Positions 16,768-27,246 are shown, numbered from the stretch's first letter. The stretch is DNA of 59,430 nucleotides from an uncultured Rikenellaceae bacterium (GCA_964516485.1 CAZEYY010000002.1:3047-62476); one strand, 5' to 3'. Translations and numbers: made by a program. The notes: generated by a model from the sequence alone, not told the origin.

Positions 16768-19506
16768 TCAGTTGAATTTCAGGATGATCTTTGCGCCAAT
16801 GCTTTTATATTTTGAATCTTCAAATCCGACATACACTCCGGCTTCTGCAAGAAAGAAGATCTCGCTGATACTGTATCCTATTTCTGTATAGAAAGGTTTG
16901 TTTTTTGTTCCCAGTAAGGACAGGCTTACATTTTCCCTCATAAGGGTGTTGCTGATTCCTGGCAGAAGCTTAATAAGGAGGTATGGAGTTGTGTACTTAA
17001 TGTGAAATTCACCATAGGCTTCGGGGGTGCTTAATGAATAGTATGCAGGAAGCATGAAAGCATCCTGGTAGTCATCGAGGAGCACAAGCGGTGGTTGCGG
17101 ATTGAAATGAAAGAAATCGTAAAATGGCACATTGCGGTTATCGGCAAAAGCTCCTGCCCTTGCTCTCCATCTCAGCTCACTGAAAGCCCCTATGTCATCA
17201 TATCTTTTGCTTACCTCAAACCTTAACAAGTCATAATGCCTTATTACATCCTCAAAATCAGTCAGTTTGTTAATTCCATGCTGCCAGCTGAGTGTAAATG
17301 TAGGCCAGTCTGAACCCTGAGGTATTTTTCTTCCTTTGTATATTCTGTATTTCTGGAAAGGGGTGAATGAAAATTTCGCAGTAAAATCTGTGTGTGCCTG
17401 GTCAGTTACATGATTAACAGGATTTGCTGCGGAATCAAGGTAATTGTTAACCGGGATGTTCGGACTGTATACATTTTCTGTATTCAAAACTGAAAATGAA
17501 CTTGTATTCTCAAGTGCCCTGCGCTGTTCCCTCGAAGAGCTGAGTTCAAGGGTCATTCCGTTAATTATTGTGACCTTGTAACCAATTGTATAATAGTCAG
17601 ATCCGTATAGTTTTAAATAATTCTTTTCAAAAAACAGGGAGGTGATACTGTTCAGCATGGGATTTATGCTTCCGCCATTTCCGATATCCCTGCCATAAGA
17701 TCCTGTTCTCAGGTAAATCTGGCTTTGGGATTTATCATTGAAATTATACATGGCATTTGCCCTCCACATAATTTTTTCTCTGCTGAAGGCGTATGAGATC
17801 TCCGGATAAAGTGAAAAAGTGGATTTGTTCCTGAAAAATCTCTGGAAACCAAAATCTAAACCATATACAAATCCATCCACAGTATTGAATCTGAGGTTTT
17901 TAAGATCTATAAGGCCTCCCCATGTGAAGCTGCTCCTGTGGCTTGTATCCCTGCGTGTATTGCCCCAGGTATGGCCTGTACCTATATATTTTAGAGTTCT
18001 TGAAAAACCTTTTGCCGGAGCCTGTTTCTTTAATGAAGAGGTATCGCTTTTCTGTTTTATGATTTCATTACCAGAGCTGATGCTGTCTCTTATCCTCAGG
18101 CTTTTTATATCGGCTTCCGTAAGTGGCACCGGTCTCTCCCGGGCCCAGTAGACGCTGTCTTTCTTCACCGCATTCTTTTCAACACTTCTTTCAGTGTTGT
18201 CCCTGATCTCAAGATCTTTTTTTGTACTGTCCGGCAGGATGTTTTCCGATTCTTTCTCCATGAGCCTTGCCAGTTTTATCATGTCGCGGTTTGAGAGATC
18301 ATCCTTCTCAAGCAGTTTATCAATCTGCTGCCTGCTTTTTGAGGGCGGAACGGTATCAGCCTTTGCAGCAGTTACCTGGCTTTTTCCTCCAAAATCAGTC
18401 GGGATAGTTGCGGGTTTCTTAAGCGCCAGATTCGGCTTTACAATTGTGTATTTTATTGATCCTCCGTAACCTGCATCGGCTTTTAAACCGAATATGCTTG
18501 CATTCACCTCAAATTTGTGGCTCACTGGCATCCAGATGTCATCCTGAACCGGAATATAAAGCTGCTGTATCTTTATTTCTCCTATTCTGTTTTCATTTTT
18601 CAGGTCAACACTGTGCAGGCACCACAGGTCTTCAATAATATAAATTGTTCCTTCAAAGAGCTGCTGGCTTTTTCTTTTCGGGATCACTTCAATTTTATTC
18701 ACTGAATAGTTACCCTGAAGGGTAGCGCCCTGGTATCTGAATTTATAATGGGAAAATGCCTGGGGCGAAAGCGGGGAGATAGCCATATCGGCGAGTACAG
18801 GCTGGTAGAAGCTTGCCTCAATGTAATCCATGGGCGATAAGTCTCCGCTGCCTTCAGGGAAGGTGGAATTATATGAGATCATTTTCTGTCTGTAGCTGTC
18901 AGGAGCGGTAAACTCAATTTCATTAATCGATTCCATCATGAATGCATCACCTTCCCTTATCTGCCTCTCTTCCGGTTCCGGCTTTCCTCCTGCACCAACA
19001 CTGCCTGAACCGCCGTCACTCGACATCTTCATTGATTTCTGGAGCAGTTTGGGGATCTTTTTGAAAATTACATTTCCCTTCAGATAAACCTCTGCTTTAT
19101 AATAACCTATGTTATTCTGATAGTAAGGCGCCATACCTATTACCTTGCGCATTATTATATATGCCGGATCTTCTCCGGTGGCAGAGATCCTTACTTCAGG
19201 TATCTGGTAATACTGTACCGGCAGCACAACATCTCTGGTGATTGTTTTGTCACTCAGGCTTACAGAAACAAAGACCTGTTCATAGCCGAGGCTCTGGTAT
19301 ATTACAGTGTATTTGCCGGGTTTCAGCCTGATTTCATAATCACCCCTGGCATTTGCAGTTGTACCCTGTCTGATCTCCTGAATATAGACTGTTGAATATG
19401 GTACTGGTGTTCCTGACTGATTACTGATTCTGCCTTTCAGTATTTGTGACTGAATTATTTCGTTGAAAGACAGTAGTATAAGAAAGATGATAAGCAGCTT
19501 TTTCAT
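16768..19506 (-). CDS. Carboxypeptidase-regulatory-like domain plus DUF5686-type large outer-membrane protein
   Basis: It has a signal peptide and a CarboxypepD_reg block (ILKGRISNQSGTPVPYSTVYI...GDYEIRLKPGKYTV). The long beta-rich C-terminus ends in ...KIILKFN. Confidence 0.65.
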   Translation of the reverse strand: MKKLLIIFLILLSFNEIIQSQILKGRISNQSGTPVPYSTVYIQEIRQGTTANARGDYEIRLKPGKYTVIYQSLGYEQVFVSVSLSDKTITRDVVLPVQYYQIPEVRISATGEDPAYIIMRKVIGMAPYYQNNIGYYKAEVYLKGNVIFKKIPKLLQKSMKMSSDGGSGSVGAGGKPEPEERQIREGDAFMMESINEIEFTAPDSYRQKMISYNSTFPEGSGDLSPMDYIEASFYQPVLADMAISPLSPQAFSHYKFRYQGATLQGNYSVNKIEVIPKRKSQQLFEGTIYIIEDLWCLHSVDLKNENRIGEIKIQQLYIPVQDDIWMPVSHKFEVNASIFGLKADAGYGGSIKYTIVKPNLALKKPATIPTDFGGKSQVTAAKADTVPPSKSRQQIDKLLEKDDLSNRDMIKLARLMEKESENILPDSTKKDLEIRDNTERSVEKNAVKKDSVYWARERPVPLTEADIKSLRIRDSISSGNEIIKQKSDTSSLKKQAPAKGFSRTLKYIGTGHTWGNTRRDTSHRSSFTWGGLIDLKNLRFNTVDGFVYGLDFGFQRFFRNKSTFSLYPEISYAFSREKIMWRANAMYNFNDKSQSQIYLRTGSYGRDIGNGGSINPMLNSITSLFFEKNYLKLYGSDYYTIGYKVTIINGMTLELSSSREQRRALENTSSFSVLNTENVYSPNIPVNNYLDSAANPVNHVTDQAHTDFTAKFSFTPFQKYRIYKGRKIPQGSDWPTFTLSWQHGINKLTDFEDVIRHYDLLRFEVSKRYDDIGAFSELRWRARAGAFADNRNVPFYDFFHFNPQPPLVLLDDYQDAFMLPAYYSLSTPEAYGEFHIKYTTPYLLIKLLPGISNTLMRENVSLSLLGTKNKPFYTEIGYSISEIFFLAEAGVYVGFEDSKYKSIGAKIILKFN

Positions 19507-19536
19507 GGGGTTGGTGGATAAGTTGCTCAGACAGGG

Positions 19537-20211
19537 TCACTCTTTTTTACCTGCGACAACAATTACAAATTCACCTTTTGGAGGATGCTCATTGTAGTAT
19601 TGTTCAAGTTCCGCAAGTGTCCCTCTTTTTGTTTCTTCATATATCTTGCTTAGCTCCCTTGAAACCGATGCCTGCCTGTCGCTGCCGAAATGTTCCGACA
19701 TCTCACCAAGCGCTTTCAGCAACCTGTAAGGGGATTCGTAAAAAATCATAGTCCTTTGTTCTTCCGTCAGGGCAGACAGTTTCTTATTTCTTCCCTTTTT
19801 CTGCGGTAGAAATCCCTCAAAACAGAATCTTTCACAGGGTAAACCGGAATTAACAAGAGCAGGTATAAGAGCTGTTGCTCCCGGAAGGGTTTCAATTTCA
19901 ATGCCTTTTTCAATACAGGTTCTCACAAGAAGGAATCCAGGGTCTGAAATTCCCGGAGTACCGGCATCTGAAATAAGGGCAACTGTTGTGCCTTCAAGTA
20001 TTTTATTGCATACAGCTTCAGCACTTTTATGTTCATTGAACATGTGGTGCGACTGTAAAGGAGTCTTAATACTGAAATGATGCAGGAGCTTGGAGGACTG
20101 CCGCGTGTCTTCTGCCAGTATCAGATCGGCACTTTCAAGAACTTCGAGGGCCCTTAATGTGATATCCTTCAGGTTACCCACAGGAGTTGGCACAAGGATC
20201 AGCTTACTCAT
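19537..20211 (-). CDS. rsmI: 16S rRNA (cytidine1402-2'-O)-methyltransferase
   Basis: Matching blocks are LILVPTPVGNLKDITLRALEVL..ADLILAEDTR and SDAGTPGISDPG. Confidence 0.88.
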   Translation of the reverse strand: MSKLILVPTPVGNLKDITLRALEVLESADLILAEDTRQSSKLLHHFSIKTPLQSHHMFNEHKSAEAVCNKILEGTTVALISDAGTPGISDPGFLLVRTCIEKGIEIETLPGATALIPALVNSGLPCERFCFEGFLPQKKGRNKKLSALTEEQRTMIFYESPYRLLKALGEMSEHFGSDRQASVSRELSKIYEETKRGTLAELEQYYNEHPPKGEFVIVVAGKKE

Positions 20212-20920
20212 TAAGGCTGAGTTTGCGTTTCACCAGGTCCATAAGCTGCTTAACAGCTTCATTCTCCGCATTGGTTCCGGTAAAGCTGATCAGCACTGCT
20301 TTTGCATCTTCCACTGATTCTGCAGCCTCCATCCTGGAAATAACCTGATCATAAGCCTTATTGTCGCCATTGAATATTTCTCTTTGAAACAGGAAACGGT
20401 CATTTATGCCAATAGCCTCTCTTAAACTGCTGATAGGCTTCGATTTAATAATTTCAGTAACATCCTCTTCAGCATTTCTCCCTCCCAGCTGTTCATTAAG
20501 GCTCGCCGGGATATTTATAAATTTGTCGGCTATTATATGTGAATCAGTGTGCTGGCTTACAATAATATTTTCAGAGGTCTCTTTCTCCTGTTTTAATTCA
20601 TTTTGTTCAGGAACCGGCTTGCTCTTTGTCTGCCTGGCTGATGTTTTTTTCTCTGTCTTAACAGGTTCAGGTTGAGGTTGAGGTTGAGGTTGAGGTTGAG
20701 GTTGAGGTTCAGGTTGAGGTTGAGGTTGAGGGATAACAGGATTTACCTGGTGGCTGTTAGTCTTCAGAAGTGAAATTACATCCGCAGCGCTTTTGCATTT
20801 TGCCTTTGCAAGCTCAACCTGGAGTACGGGAACACCCTTGTAATTTTTAAGATCATCAATTATTCCTGAGGCTTCATTGAGATCTTTTATAATTAAATCG
20901 ATTGTGGCATTGAAATCCAT
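20204..20920 (-). CDS. Hypothetical protein with central (PQ/PE)n linker, no signal peptide
   Basis: This is a 238-aa ORF with a helical N-domain, the linker PQPQPQPEPQPQPQPQPQPQPEP, and a C-domain ...REAIGINDRFLFQREIFNGDNKAY... Its stop overlaps the rsmI ATG by 8 nt. Confidence 0.6.
   Translation of the reverse strand: MDFNATIDLIIKDLNEASGIIDDLKNYKGVPVLQVELAKAKCKSAADVISLLKTNSHQVNPVIPQPQPQPEPQPQPQPQPQPQPEPVKTEKKTSARQTKSKPVPEQNELKQEKETSENIIVSQHTDSHIIADKFINIPASLNEQLGGRNAEEDVTEIIKSKPISSLREAIGINDRFLFQREIFNGDNKAYDQVISRMEAAESVEDAKAVLISFTGTNAENEAVKQLMDLVKRKLSLNE
20664..20731. repeat. Hexanucleotide microsatellite (GGTTGA/GGTTCA) x ~11, in frame within the CDS
   Basis: The tandem run reads ggttcaggttgaggttgaggttgaggttgaggttgaggttcaggttgaggttgaggttgagg. 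Confidence 0.9.
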
Positions 20921-20961
20921 ACAAACAGTTGTAAATATAACAAAGCATTTTCCTTATTTTG

Positions 20962-20969
20962 CAAAATTA
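20962..20969 (-). promoter_or_regulatory. Candidate -7 box (TAatTTTG) for the PQ-repeat gene/rsmI operon
   Basis: The minus strand reads taattttg about 42 nt upstream of the ATG at 20920. Confidence 0.3.
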
Positions 20970-21039
20970 ATATTATTCCACTTGCAGGCATATTTTAATT
21001 ATGAAGATTTAAGGGGGATAATAAACAATTGACAGCACA

Positions 21040-21627
21040 ATGGAATTTCTTGAAAATTCAACGGCAACAGGAAGCAGAAGGGGATCTGTTGAGGTAATCA
21101 CCGGCAGCATGTTCTCGGGCAAAACGGAGGAACTCATACGAAGGCTGCGCAGGGCTCAGTATGCCGGGCTGAAGGTGGTAATATTCAAGCCGGCTATCGA
21201 TAAAAGGTATTCCGAGACAAAAGTTGTTTCGCATGATGAAAGATCGATAGTTTCAACCCCTGTTGAACATGCATCATCAATCTTGCTTCTTGCCGGTGAT
21301 GCAGATGTGGTTGCAATTGATGAGGCTCAGTTTTTCGATGCATCCATAATTGAAGTATGCAGTCAGTTGGCAGATGCAGGCACAAGGGTCATAGTTGCCG
21401 GCCTCGATATGGACTTCATGGGAAATCCCTTCGGACCTATGCCGGGAATAATGGCAATTGCCGAGTTTGTTACAAAGGTTCACGCAATATGCATGCGATG
21501 CGGTAACCTGGCCCAGTATTCATTCCGCAAAACAGATGAATCACAGGTGGTGCTGCTAGGTGAGAAAAACCTGTATGAGCCGCTTTGCCGCAGTTGTTAT
21601 CTTGAAGCATCAAAAAAGCAAAAGTGA
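21040..21627 (+). CDS. tdk: Thymidine kinase
   Basis: It has the P-loop [11 protein letters not shown], the block [10 protein letters not shown], and the zinc-ribbon cysteines CMRCG...CRSC. Confidence 0.9.
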   Translation: MEFLENSTATGSRRGSVEVITGSMFSGKTEELIRRLRRAQYAGLKVVIFKPAIDKRYSETKVVSHDERSIVSTPVEHASSILLLAGDADVVAIDEAQFFDASIIEVCSQLADAGTRVIVAGLDMDFMGNPFGPMPGIMAIAEFVTKVHAICMRCGNLAQYSFRKTDESQVVLLGEKNLYEPLCRSCYLEASKKQK

Positions 21628-24086
21628 AACTCCGCTCGGCAGAAATAGCAGATATAACCGGTGGAGCTTTATTTGGTCCTGGTGATATTATTGTAAATGA
21701 GATAGTTACCGACAGCAGGCAGATAAGCTTTACCGAAGAGGTGGCCTTTGTCGCAATCAGGGGACATAATCATGACGGGCACAGATTCCTGGATAACCTC
21801 TACCAGAGGGGTATCAGGGTATTCATAGTTGAGAATCTTCCTGAAAACCATGGCAGATTCGACAGCGCAGCATTCATACTGTCAGCCGGTTCAGTTGATG
21901 CCCTTCACAGGCTGGCTGCCTGGAAAAGAAGGTTATTTACCTCACCTGTTATTGCAATTACAGGCAGTGCAGGAAAAACAATTGTCAAGGAGTGGCTGGC
22001 TGATCTGCTCGGCTCTATACTTCCGGTAATACGAAGCCCCAAAAGCTATAATTCACAGATAGGCGTACCTCTCTCAGTTTGGAAACTGGAAGAAAAATAC
22101 CGCATGGGTATCTTTGAAGCCGGTATATCTCATCCCGGGGAGATGGAAAAGCTTCAGAAAATAATTGATCCTGAAATAGGTGTTATAACTAATATCGGTG
22201 ATGCTCACAGGGAAAACTTCAGGGATGACAAAGAAAAGGCTTCTGAAAAACTGAAACTGTTCACTAATGCGAAAGCAATAATATATGGCAAGGATTACAG
22301 GATAATTGATGAGCTGATTTTAAATGATCCTGTACTCAGTTCCAGGGTGCTTGTATCGTGGTCGATGAACAACAGAAATGCCGCAGTCTTCATCAGTAAA
22401 ACCGTTCATGATGAGGGTGGTACGGCTATGACAATTGAATATAAAGGAAACAGTTTCATGTTCCGGGTTCCCTTTAATGACAGGGCTTCAGTTGAAAATG
22501 CTGTTACTGCCATATCAGTATGCCTTTATCTTGGTTTTGATGCAAAACTGATCTCAGAAGGTCTGCTGAAGCTTCTTCCTGTTCCTATGAGGATGGAAAT
22601 TAAGGCAGGAATAAACAACTGTCAGCTTATTGAGGATTACTATAATTCCGATCCCGGTTCACTTGGAATGGCTATTGATTATCTGATGGCCCAGAACGGG
22701 AAAAATACAACACTGATATTGTCTGATTTTGTCCAGGCAGGAAGGGATGTGGAGGATCTTTACGGGGAAGTTGCAACACTTGTAAGTCGCTCAGGTATTA
22801 AACGGTTCATAGGTATAGGACCGCTGCTTTCTTCAATGCGCGGACTTTTCAGCGCTGATGACCGCTTTTATTTTTCAACTGATGATTTTCTGAGAAGTCT
22901 GATTTCCAATGATTTCAATAATGAGATAATCCTGATAAAGGGTTCAAGGATCTTTGAGTTTGAGAAGATCGGAAGGGTTCTTGAACAGCAGGTGCATCAG
23001 ACCCAGCTCGAGATAAACCTTAATGCGATAGCACATAACCTGAACCTGTTCAGGAGTTACCTGAAACCTGAAACAAGGATAATGGCAATGGTAAAGGCCT
23101 TTGCATACGGTGCAGGATCCTCTGAGATTGCTTCCTTCCTTGAATACAACAGGGTAAGCTATCTCACTGTTGCCTATGCTGACGAAGGAGTGGAGCTGAG
23201 AAATGCAGGCGTCTCCCTGCCTGTTATGGTAATGAATCCAGATCCTTCTTCTTCCGATCTGATGATAAAATATTCTCTTGAACCTGAAATATACAGTTTT
23301 TCAATTCTTGAGTCATTCGCCAGAGTTGTTGTCAGGAATGGTTTGCAGGGCTACCCTGTTCATATTAAGATAGATACAGGAATGCATCGCCTTGGTTTCC
23401 TGCCTGATGAACTTGAGAGGATGCTTGAATTTGTCAGGAAGAATGACTGCCTGCGTATTGTATCTGTTTTCTCACATCTGGCCGGTAGTGACGATGAAAG
23501 CCTTGATTCTTTCAGCAGGAAGCAGGTTGAAGTTTTCATAAATGCAACAGCAAGGATCAGAGAGGCAACAGGTTATCCTTTTCTGAAGCACATACTTAAT
23601 TCATCGGGCATTATAAGAATGCCACAGTACCAGTTTGATATGGTCCGTCCCGGAATCGGCATCTACGGTGCAGGATCCTTCGGGGGAGCGGCATTTAAGC
23701 CTGCCGGAAGGTTCATTACGAGAATATCACAGGTAAAGAAGGTTAACGGGGGTGATCCTGTCGGATATGGCTGCGCAGACGTGTCTGAAAAAGAGCGTAT
23801 TATTGCAATATTGCCGGTTGGCTATGCTGACGGATTGAGGAGAAAAATGGGCGAGGGCAGGGGATTTGTGTTCATAAAGGGAAGGAGGGTCCCTCTTGTT
23901 GGCCGTGTATGTATGGATATGTGTATGGCAGATATCACCGGCACTGATGCGGCAGAAGGTGATGAAGCAGAAATATTTGGAGAGAATATTTCAATAAGTG
24001 AGATAGCTGAGATCTGTGAAACAATACCTTATGAGATACTGACTTCAATACCTTCAAGAGTAAAAAGAGTCTTTTTCAGAGAGTAA
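21624..24086 (+). CDS. murF/alr: Bifunctional UDP-MurNAc-tripeptide:D-Ala-D-Ala ligase (MurF) / alanine racemase (Alr)
   Basis: The N-terminal half is a Mur ligase ([21 protein letters not shown]). The C-terminal half is a racemase, with the PLP-lysine block [11 protein letters not shown] and the blocks YGAG and VCMDMCM. The GTG start overlaps the tdk stop (GTGA). Confidence 0.85.
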   Translation: MKLRSAEIADITGGALFGPGDIIVNEIVTDSRQISFTEEVAFVAIRGHNHDGHRFLDNLYQRGIRVFIVENLPENHGRFDSAAFILSAGSVDALHRLAAWKRRLFTSPVIAITGSAGKTIVKEWLADLLGSILPVIRSPKSYNSQIGVPLSVWKLEEKYRMGIFEAGISHPGEMEKLQKIIDPEIGVITNIGDAHRENFRDDKEKASEKLKLFTNAKAIIYGKDYRIIDELILNDPVLSSRVLVSWSMNNRNAAVFISKTVHDEGGTAMTIEYKGNSFMFRVPFNDRASVENAVTAISVCLYLGFDAKLISEGLLKLLPVPMRMEIKAGINNCQLIEDYYNSDPGSLGMAIDYLMAQNGKNTTLILSDFVQAGRDVEDLYGEVATLVSRSGIKRFIGIGPLLSSMRGLFSADDRFYFSTDDFLRSLISNDFNNEIILIKGSRIFEFEKIGRVLEQQVHQTQLEINLNAIAHNLNLFRSYLKPETRIMAMVKAFAYGAGSSEIASFLEYNRVSYLTVAYADEGVELRNAGVSLPVMVMNPDPSSSDLMIKYSLEPEIYSFSILESFARVVVRNGLQGYPVHIKIDTGMHRLGFLPDELERMLEFVRKNDCLRIVSVFSHLAGSDDESLDSFSRKQVEVFINATARIREATGYPFLKHILNSSGIIRMPQYQFDMVRPGIGIYGAGSFGGAAFKPAGRFITRISQVKKVNGGDPVGYGCADVSEKERIIAILPVGYADGLRRKMGEGRGFVFIKGRRVPLVGRVCMDMCMADITGTDAAEGDEAEIFGENISISEIAEICETIPYEILTSIPSRVKRVFFRE

Positions 24087-24098
24087 TTATATTTTCGT

Positions 24099-24800
24099 TT
24101 ATCCTGATTTGCTGATCTGTTCAAGGGCAGTTATGTCAATAAGCTTTATTTTCTTTTGTCTCAGTTCTATTTTTCCTTCAGCAGAAAGGTTTGAGAGTGT
24201 CCTTATGGCGTTTGAGGTTGTCATGTTTGAATGATGAGCCAGATCGTCCCTTGACAGGATTGCATTTATTGTTTTTCCGTCGGCTTCGAAGCCATAAATC
24301 CCGGCCAGCATGAGGAGCGTCTCAACAACCCTTCCCCTCACATGTTTCTGTGTCAGTGAAATGATCCTTTCCTGGTAAAAGGCAATCTCATCAGCCATCT
24401 GTTTCATCATCCTGAAGGCAAAATCATTGTTATGCTTCAGCAGAGTTGTTATGCTGTTCCTGTCAGTCTGGCAAAAAACACAATCTTCTGTTGCAACAGC
24501 TGAATTTGTCCAGTTTACAGACTGGAAAAGACTCCTGCAGCCGATAATCTCTGAAGGCTTCACGAACCTGAGTATCTGTTCCCGGCCACCAACGCCCACA
24601 CGGTAAACCTTGTATTTCCCTTTGACAAGGCAGACAAGGCCCCTGGATTTTTCACCTTCGCTGAAGATGAATTCACCTTTTTTTGCAAAGCAGGTGACAA
24701 AATGCTTTGCAACAGCCTCTTTTTCCCTGTTTTGTAAAGTTCTGAAAACTGAATCGGGATTCTCAAGGCAAAACTCAATATAGCTGTCCTGATACTGCAT
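24099..24800 (-). CDS. Crp/Fnr family transcriptional regulator
   Basis: It has a cNMP-binding beta-roll (FSEGEKSRGLVCLVKGKYKVYR) and a C-terminal HTH (SRDDLAHHSNMTTSNAIRTLSNL). I moved the start to the ATG at 24800, downstream of a -7 box. Confidence 0.8.
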   Translation of the reverse strand: MQYQDSYIEFCLENPDSVFRTLQNREKEAVAKHFVTCFAKKGEFIFSEGEKSRGLVCLVKGKYKVYRVGVGGREQILRFVKPSEIIGCRSLFQSVNWTNSAVATEDCVFCQTDRNSITTLLKHNNDFAFRMMKQMADEIAFYQERIISLTQKHVRGRVVETLLMLAGIYGFEADGKTINAILSRDDLAHHSNMTTSNAIRTLSNLSAEGKIELRQKKIKLIDITALEQISKSG

Positions 24801-24824
24801 GGGAAAATATGTTATAAAACATAT

Positions 24825-24832
24825 CAAAGGTA
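24825..24832 (-). promoter_or_regulatory. Candidate -7 box (TAccTTTG) for the Crp/Fnr gene
   Basis: The minus strand reads tacctttg 25 nt upstream of the ATG at 24800. Confidence 0.35.
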
Positions 24833-24839
24833 TAAATAA

Positions 24840-24854
24840 TTATCAATGTGATAA
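24840..24854. promoter_or_regulatory. Inverted repeat TTATC-N5-GATAA just upstream of the Crp/Fnr promoter
   Basis: The sequence ttatcaatgtgataa has perfect 5-bp arms. Confidence 0.25.
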
Positions 24855-24888
24855 TAAGCAATACCATTTAATATGCAGGATTTGTAGT

Positions 24889-26541
24889 TCAGTACCTTGC
24901 AACAAGGGGCATCCTCCTGCCTGCGCCGAAGGATTTTGAAGAGATTCTCAGTACCGGTGGAGCCTGGTATCTCTTGTATTCATTGAAATTGATCAGACGG
25001 ATCACCCTGTTTACCGTTGAAGCATCTGCTCCGTCTTCAATTATCTGAGCAGGTGGTTTCTGCAACTCAATGTACTGATAGAGTATATCGTCAAGTATTG
25101 AATATTCAGGTAAGGAGTCGGAATCAAGCTGATCAGGTCTCAGCTCGGCCGACGGCTGTTTTGTGATTATGTTTTCCGGAATAATCTCTCTCGACCTGTT
25201 AATATGGGCAGCCAGCTTGTAGACATCTGTTTTATAGACATCACCAATTACAGACAGTCCGCCTGCCATGTCACCATAAAGAGTCCCGTAGCCAACAGCT
25301 GCCTCACTTTTATTCGATGTGTTGAGCAGTATGCATCCGAATTTGTTAGATACGGCCATAAGCAGGGTAGCCCTGATCCTGGCCTGTATGTTCTCTTCGG
25401 TGACGTCAGGATTTCTACCTGTGAAAAGAGGTGCGAGATCTTCCTCAAAAGCCCTGAATGGCTTTTCTATACTAATAATATCATATTTTGTATTAAGTCT
25501 TCCGGCCAGATCGACAGCGTCCTTCACTGAATGTTCTGAAGAGTACCTTGATGGCATGAGGAGTGAGCGTACATTTTCATTTCCCAGGGCTTCTGCAGCC
25601 AGGCAGAGGCAAACAGCTGAATCTATTCCTCCTGATAATCCTACTATCGCCTTCTTCAGGCCTGATTTGCTGAAATAATCCCTTATTCCTGTTACAAGTC
25701 CTTTATGAATAAGAGAAACCGGATCGGGATTCTCATGTTTTTCACCGCCTGCCGGACTGAGTATGCTATTTGTATCAAATGTTACAATTTCCTCTTCGAA
25801 GAAAGGCAGCTTTCTGAAGATCTCCCCGTCAGGTTTTACAATTACGGAAGCGCCATCAAAAATGAGTTCGGTATTTGCTCCTGTCTGGTTTACTGAAATC
25901 ACAGGCACCCTGTATTTTAAGGCCTTGTTTCTGAAAATATTTTCTTTTGTCTCTGTTTTTGTATAGGAGAAAGGAGAAGCGGCAATATTTACAATAAGGT
26001 CCGGTTTCTGCCCTTTCAGTTCCTCCATCGGAGAAATTGTGTATAGACGGCTCTTTTCAAATTTATTGTCGAAGGGCTGTTCGTCCCACAGGTCCTCACA
26101 GACAGTAAGAGCAATCCTTAAACCATTCAGATTGAATATTCCAAATTTTCTTTCAGGTTCGAAATACCGGTATTCGTCAAATATGTCATAAGTTGGCAGC
26201 AGGCTTTTGTTTGCGGAGAAAACAACCTTCCCTTCCGAAATTGCAATGGCAGAGTTGAAAAGCTTCTTTCCTTCCTTATTCGGGTTTATTACAGGTGCCC
26301 CTACAATTGCAGTTATACCAATACATTCATCAGCAATTTCCCTGACTGACTGACTGCATTTTTCAATGAAATCATACCGGTCAAGAAGATCAAGGGGAGG
26401 GTAGCCGCAGATGCATAGTTCTGAAAAAATCACAAGGTCAGATTTTTCTCCGCGCGCTTTTCTTACAGCATTTATAATCAGGTTTTTATTTAAATCAAAA
26501 TTCCCGATATGGTAATTCAGCTGTGCTACTGTTATTTTCAT
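24889..26541 (-). CDS. nadE: Glutamine-dependent NAD+ synthetase
   Basis: The N-terminal CN-hydrolase domain has the blocks FSELCICGYP and TVCEDLW. The C-terminal synthetase domain has the PP-loop GLSGGIDSA. Confidence 0.9.
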   Translation of the reverse strand: MKITVAQLNYHIGNFDLNKNLIINAVRKARGEKSDLVIFSELCICGYPPLDLLDRYDFIEKCSQSVREIADECIGITAIVGAPVINPNKEGKKLFNSAIAISEGKVVFSANKSLLPTYDIFDEYRYFEPERKFGIFNLNGLRIALTVCEDLWDEQPFDNKFEKSRLYTISPMEELKGQKPDLIVNIAASPFSYTKTETKENIFRNKALKYRVPVISVNQTGANTELIFDGASVIVKPDGEIFRKLPFFEEEIVTFDTNSILSPAGGEKHENPDPVSLIHKGLVTGIRDYFSKSGLKKAIVGLSGGIDSAVCLCLAAEALGNENVRSLLMPSRYSSEHSVKDAVDLAGRLNTKYDIISIEKPFRAFEEDLAPLFTGRNPDVTEENIQARIRATLLMAVSNKFGCILLNTSNKSEAAVGYGTLYGDMAGGLSVIGDVYKTDVYKLAAHINRSREIIPENIITKQPSAELRPDQLDSDSLPEYSILDDILYQYIELQKPPAQIIEDGADASTVNRVIRLINFNEYKRYQAPPVLRISSKSFGAGRRMPLVARY

Positions 26542-26550
26542 GAATTTCCC

Positions 26551-27246
26551 TTAAAAATTAAGTCCTAGCCTGAATCCCAGCATTTTATGCAGTATTTTGT
26601 CAAGCGGCTGATCCGTAATGTCAATAAAGTTGCTGTCGAAATTCAATCCGAGAACAACAGCTGTTGTTCCCCCAAGGGAATACTCTATTCCGCCTGTTAT
26701 ATGGTATCCTATGTTGAATCTCTTGAACTCTGAATCAGCATTCTCTTTTGAAATATTCATCGCGGGTATCTCTGCTTTCCCTCCAAGAACAAATTTCGGA
26801 TCAATGCCAATATCAGTGAAGAATCTGACATATCCTATCTGATTCGATTGCAGTTTCAGGCCGAAAGGAACAGCGAGGTATTTGATATTATAATTTACAA
26901 CAACACCCTTGCTGCCAGGAATAATCTCAGTTGGCTTGCTAAGAATCAGGATTGTAGTATCATTATATCTGAGGTTTCCTCCTGCAGTGATAAGGCTGAT
27001 ACCAGCCGAGAAGGCGTAGTTTTCCCTGAAGTATCTGTTGAATGTAAGTCCGAAATTCAGTCCTGCCCTGGCACCTGCAGGTGTTACATTCCTGATGTCG
27101 GAAGTGAACCAGCCGATTAATGGGTCAATATGTACTCCGAATCCTATTTTTTCCTGTGCCTTTGCAAGGTCAGGCCTGCAAACTGTCAGGAAAACAAGCA
27201 GGCATGCTGTTGAATATTTAAATGTTCCGGGGTTGAAAAAACTCAT
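26551..27246 (-). CDS. Small outer-membrane beta-barrel protein (PorT / OMP_b-brl_2-like)
   Basis: It has a signal peptide, alternating beta-strand periodicity and a C-terminal ...GFRLGLNF. Confidence 0.65.
   Translation of the reverse strand: MSFFNPGTFKYSTACLLVFLTVCRPDLAKAQEKIGFGVHIDPLIGWFTSDIRNVTPAGARAGLNFGLTFNRYFRENYAFSAGISLITAGGNLRYNDTTILILSKPTEIIPGSKGVVVNYNIKYLAVPFGLKLQSNQIGYVRFFTDIGIDPKFVLGGKAEIPAMNISKENADSEFKRFNIGYHITGGIEYSLGGTTAVVLGLNFDSNFIDITDQPLDKILHKMLGFRLGLNF

Noticed and set aside
20664-20731. The tandem repeat, considered as a possible CRISPR array or mobile-element remnant.
   Set aside because: The period is 6 nt with no spacers, and the repeat lies in frame inside a CDS. No cas genes, transposases or integrases occur anywhere in the window.
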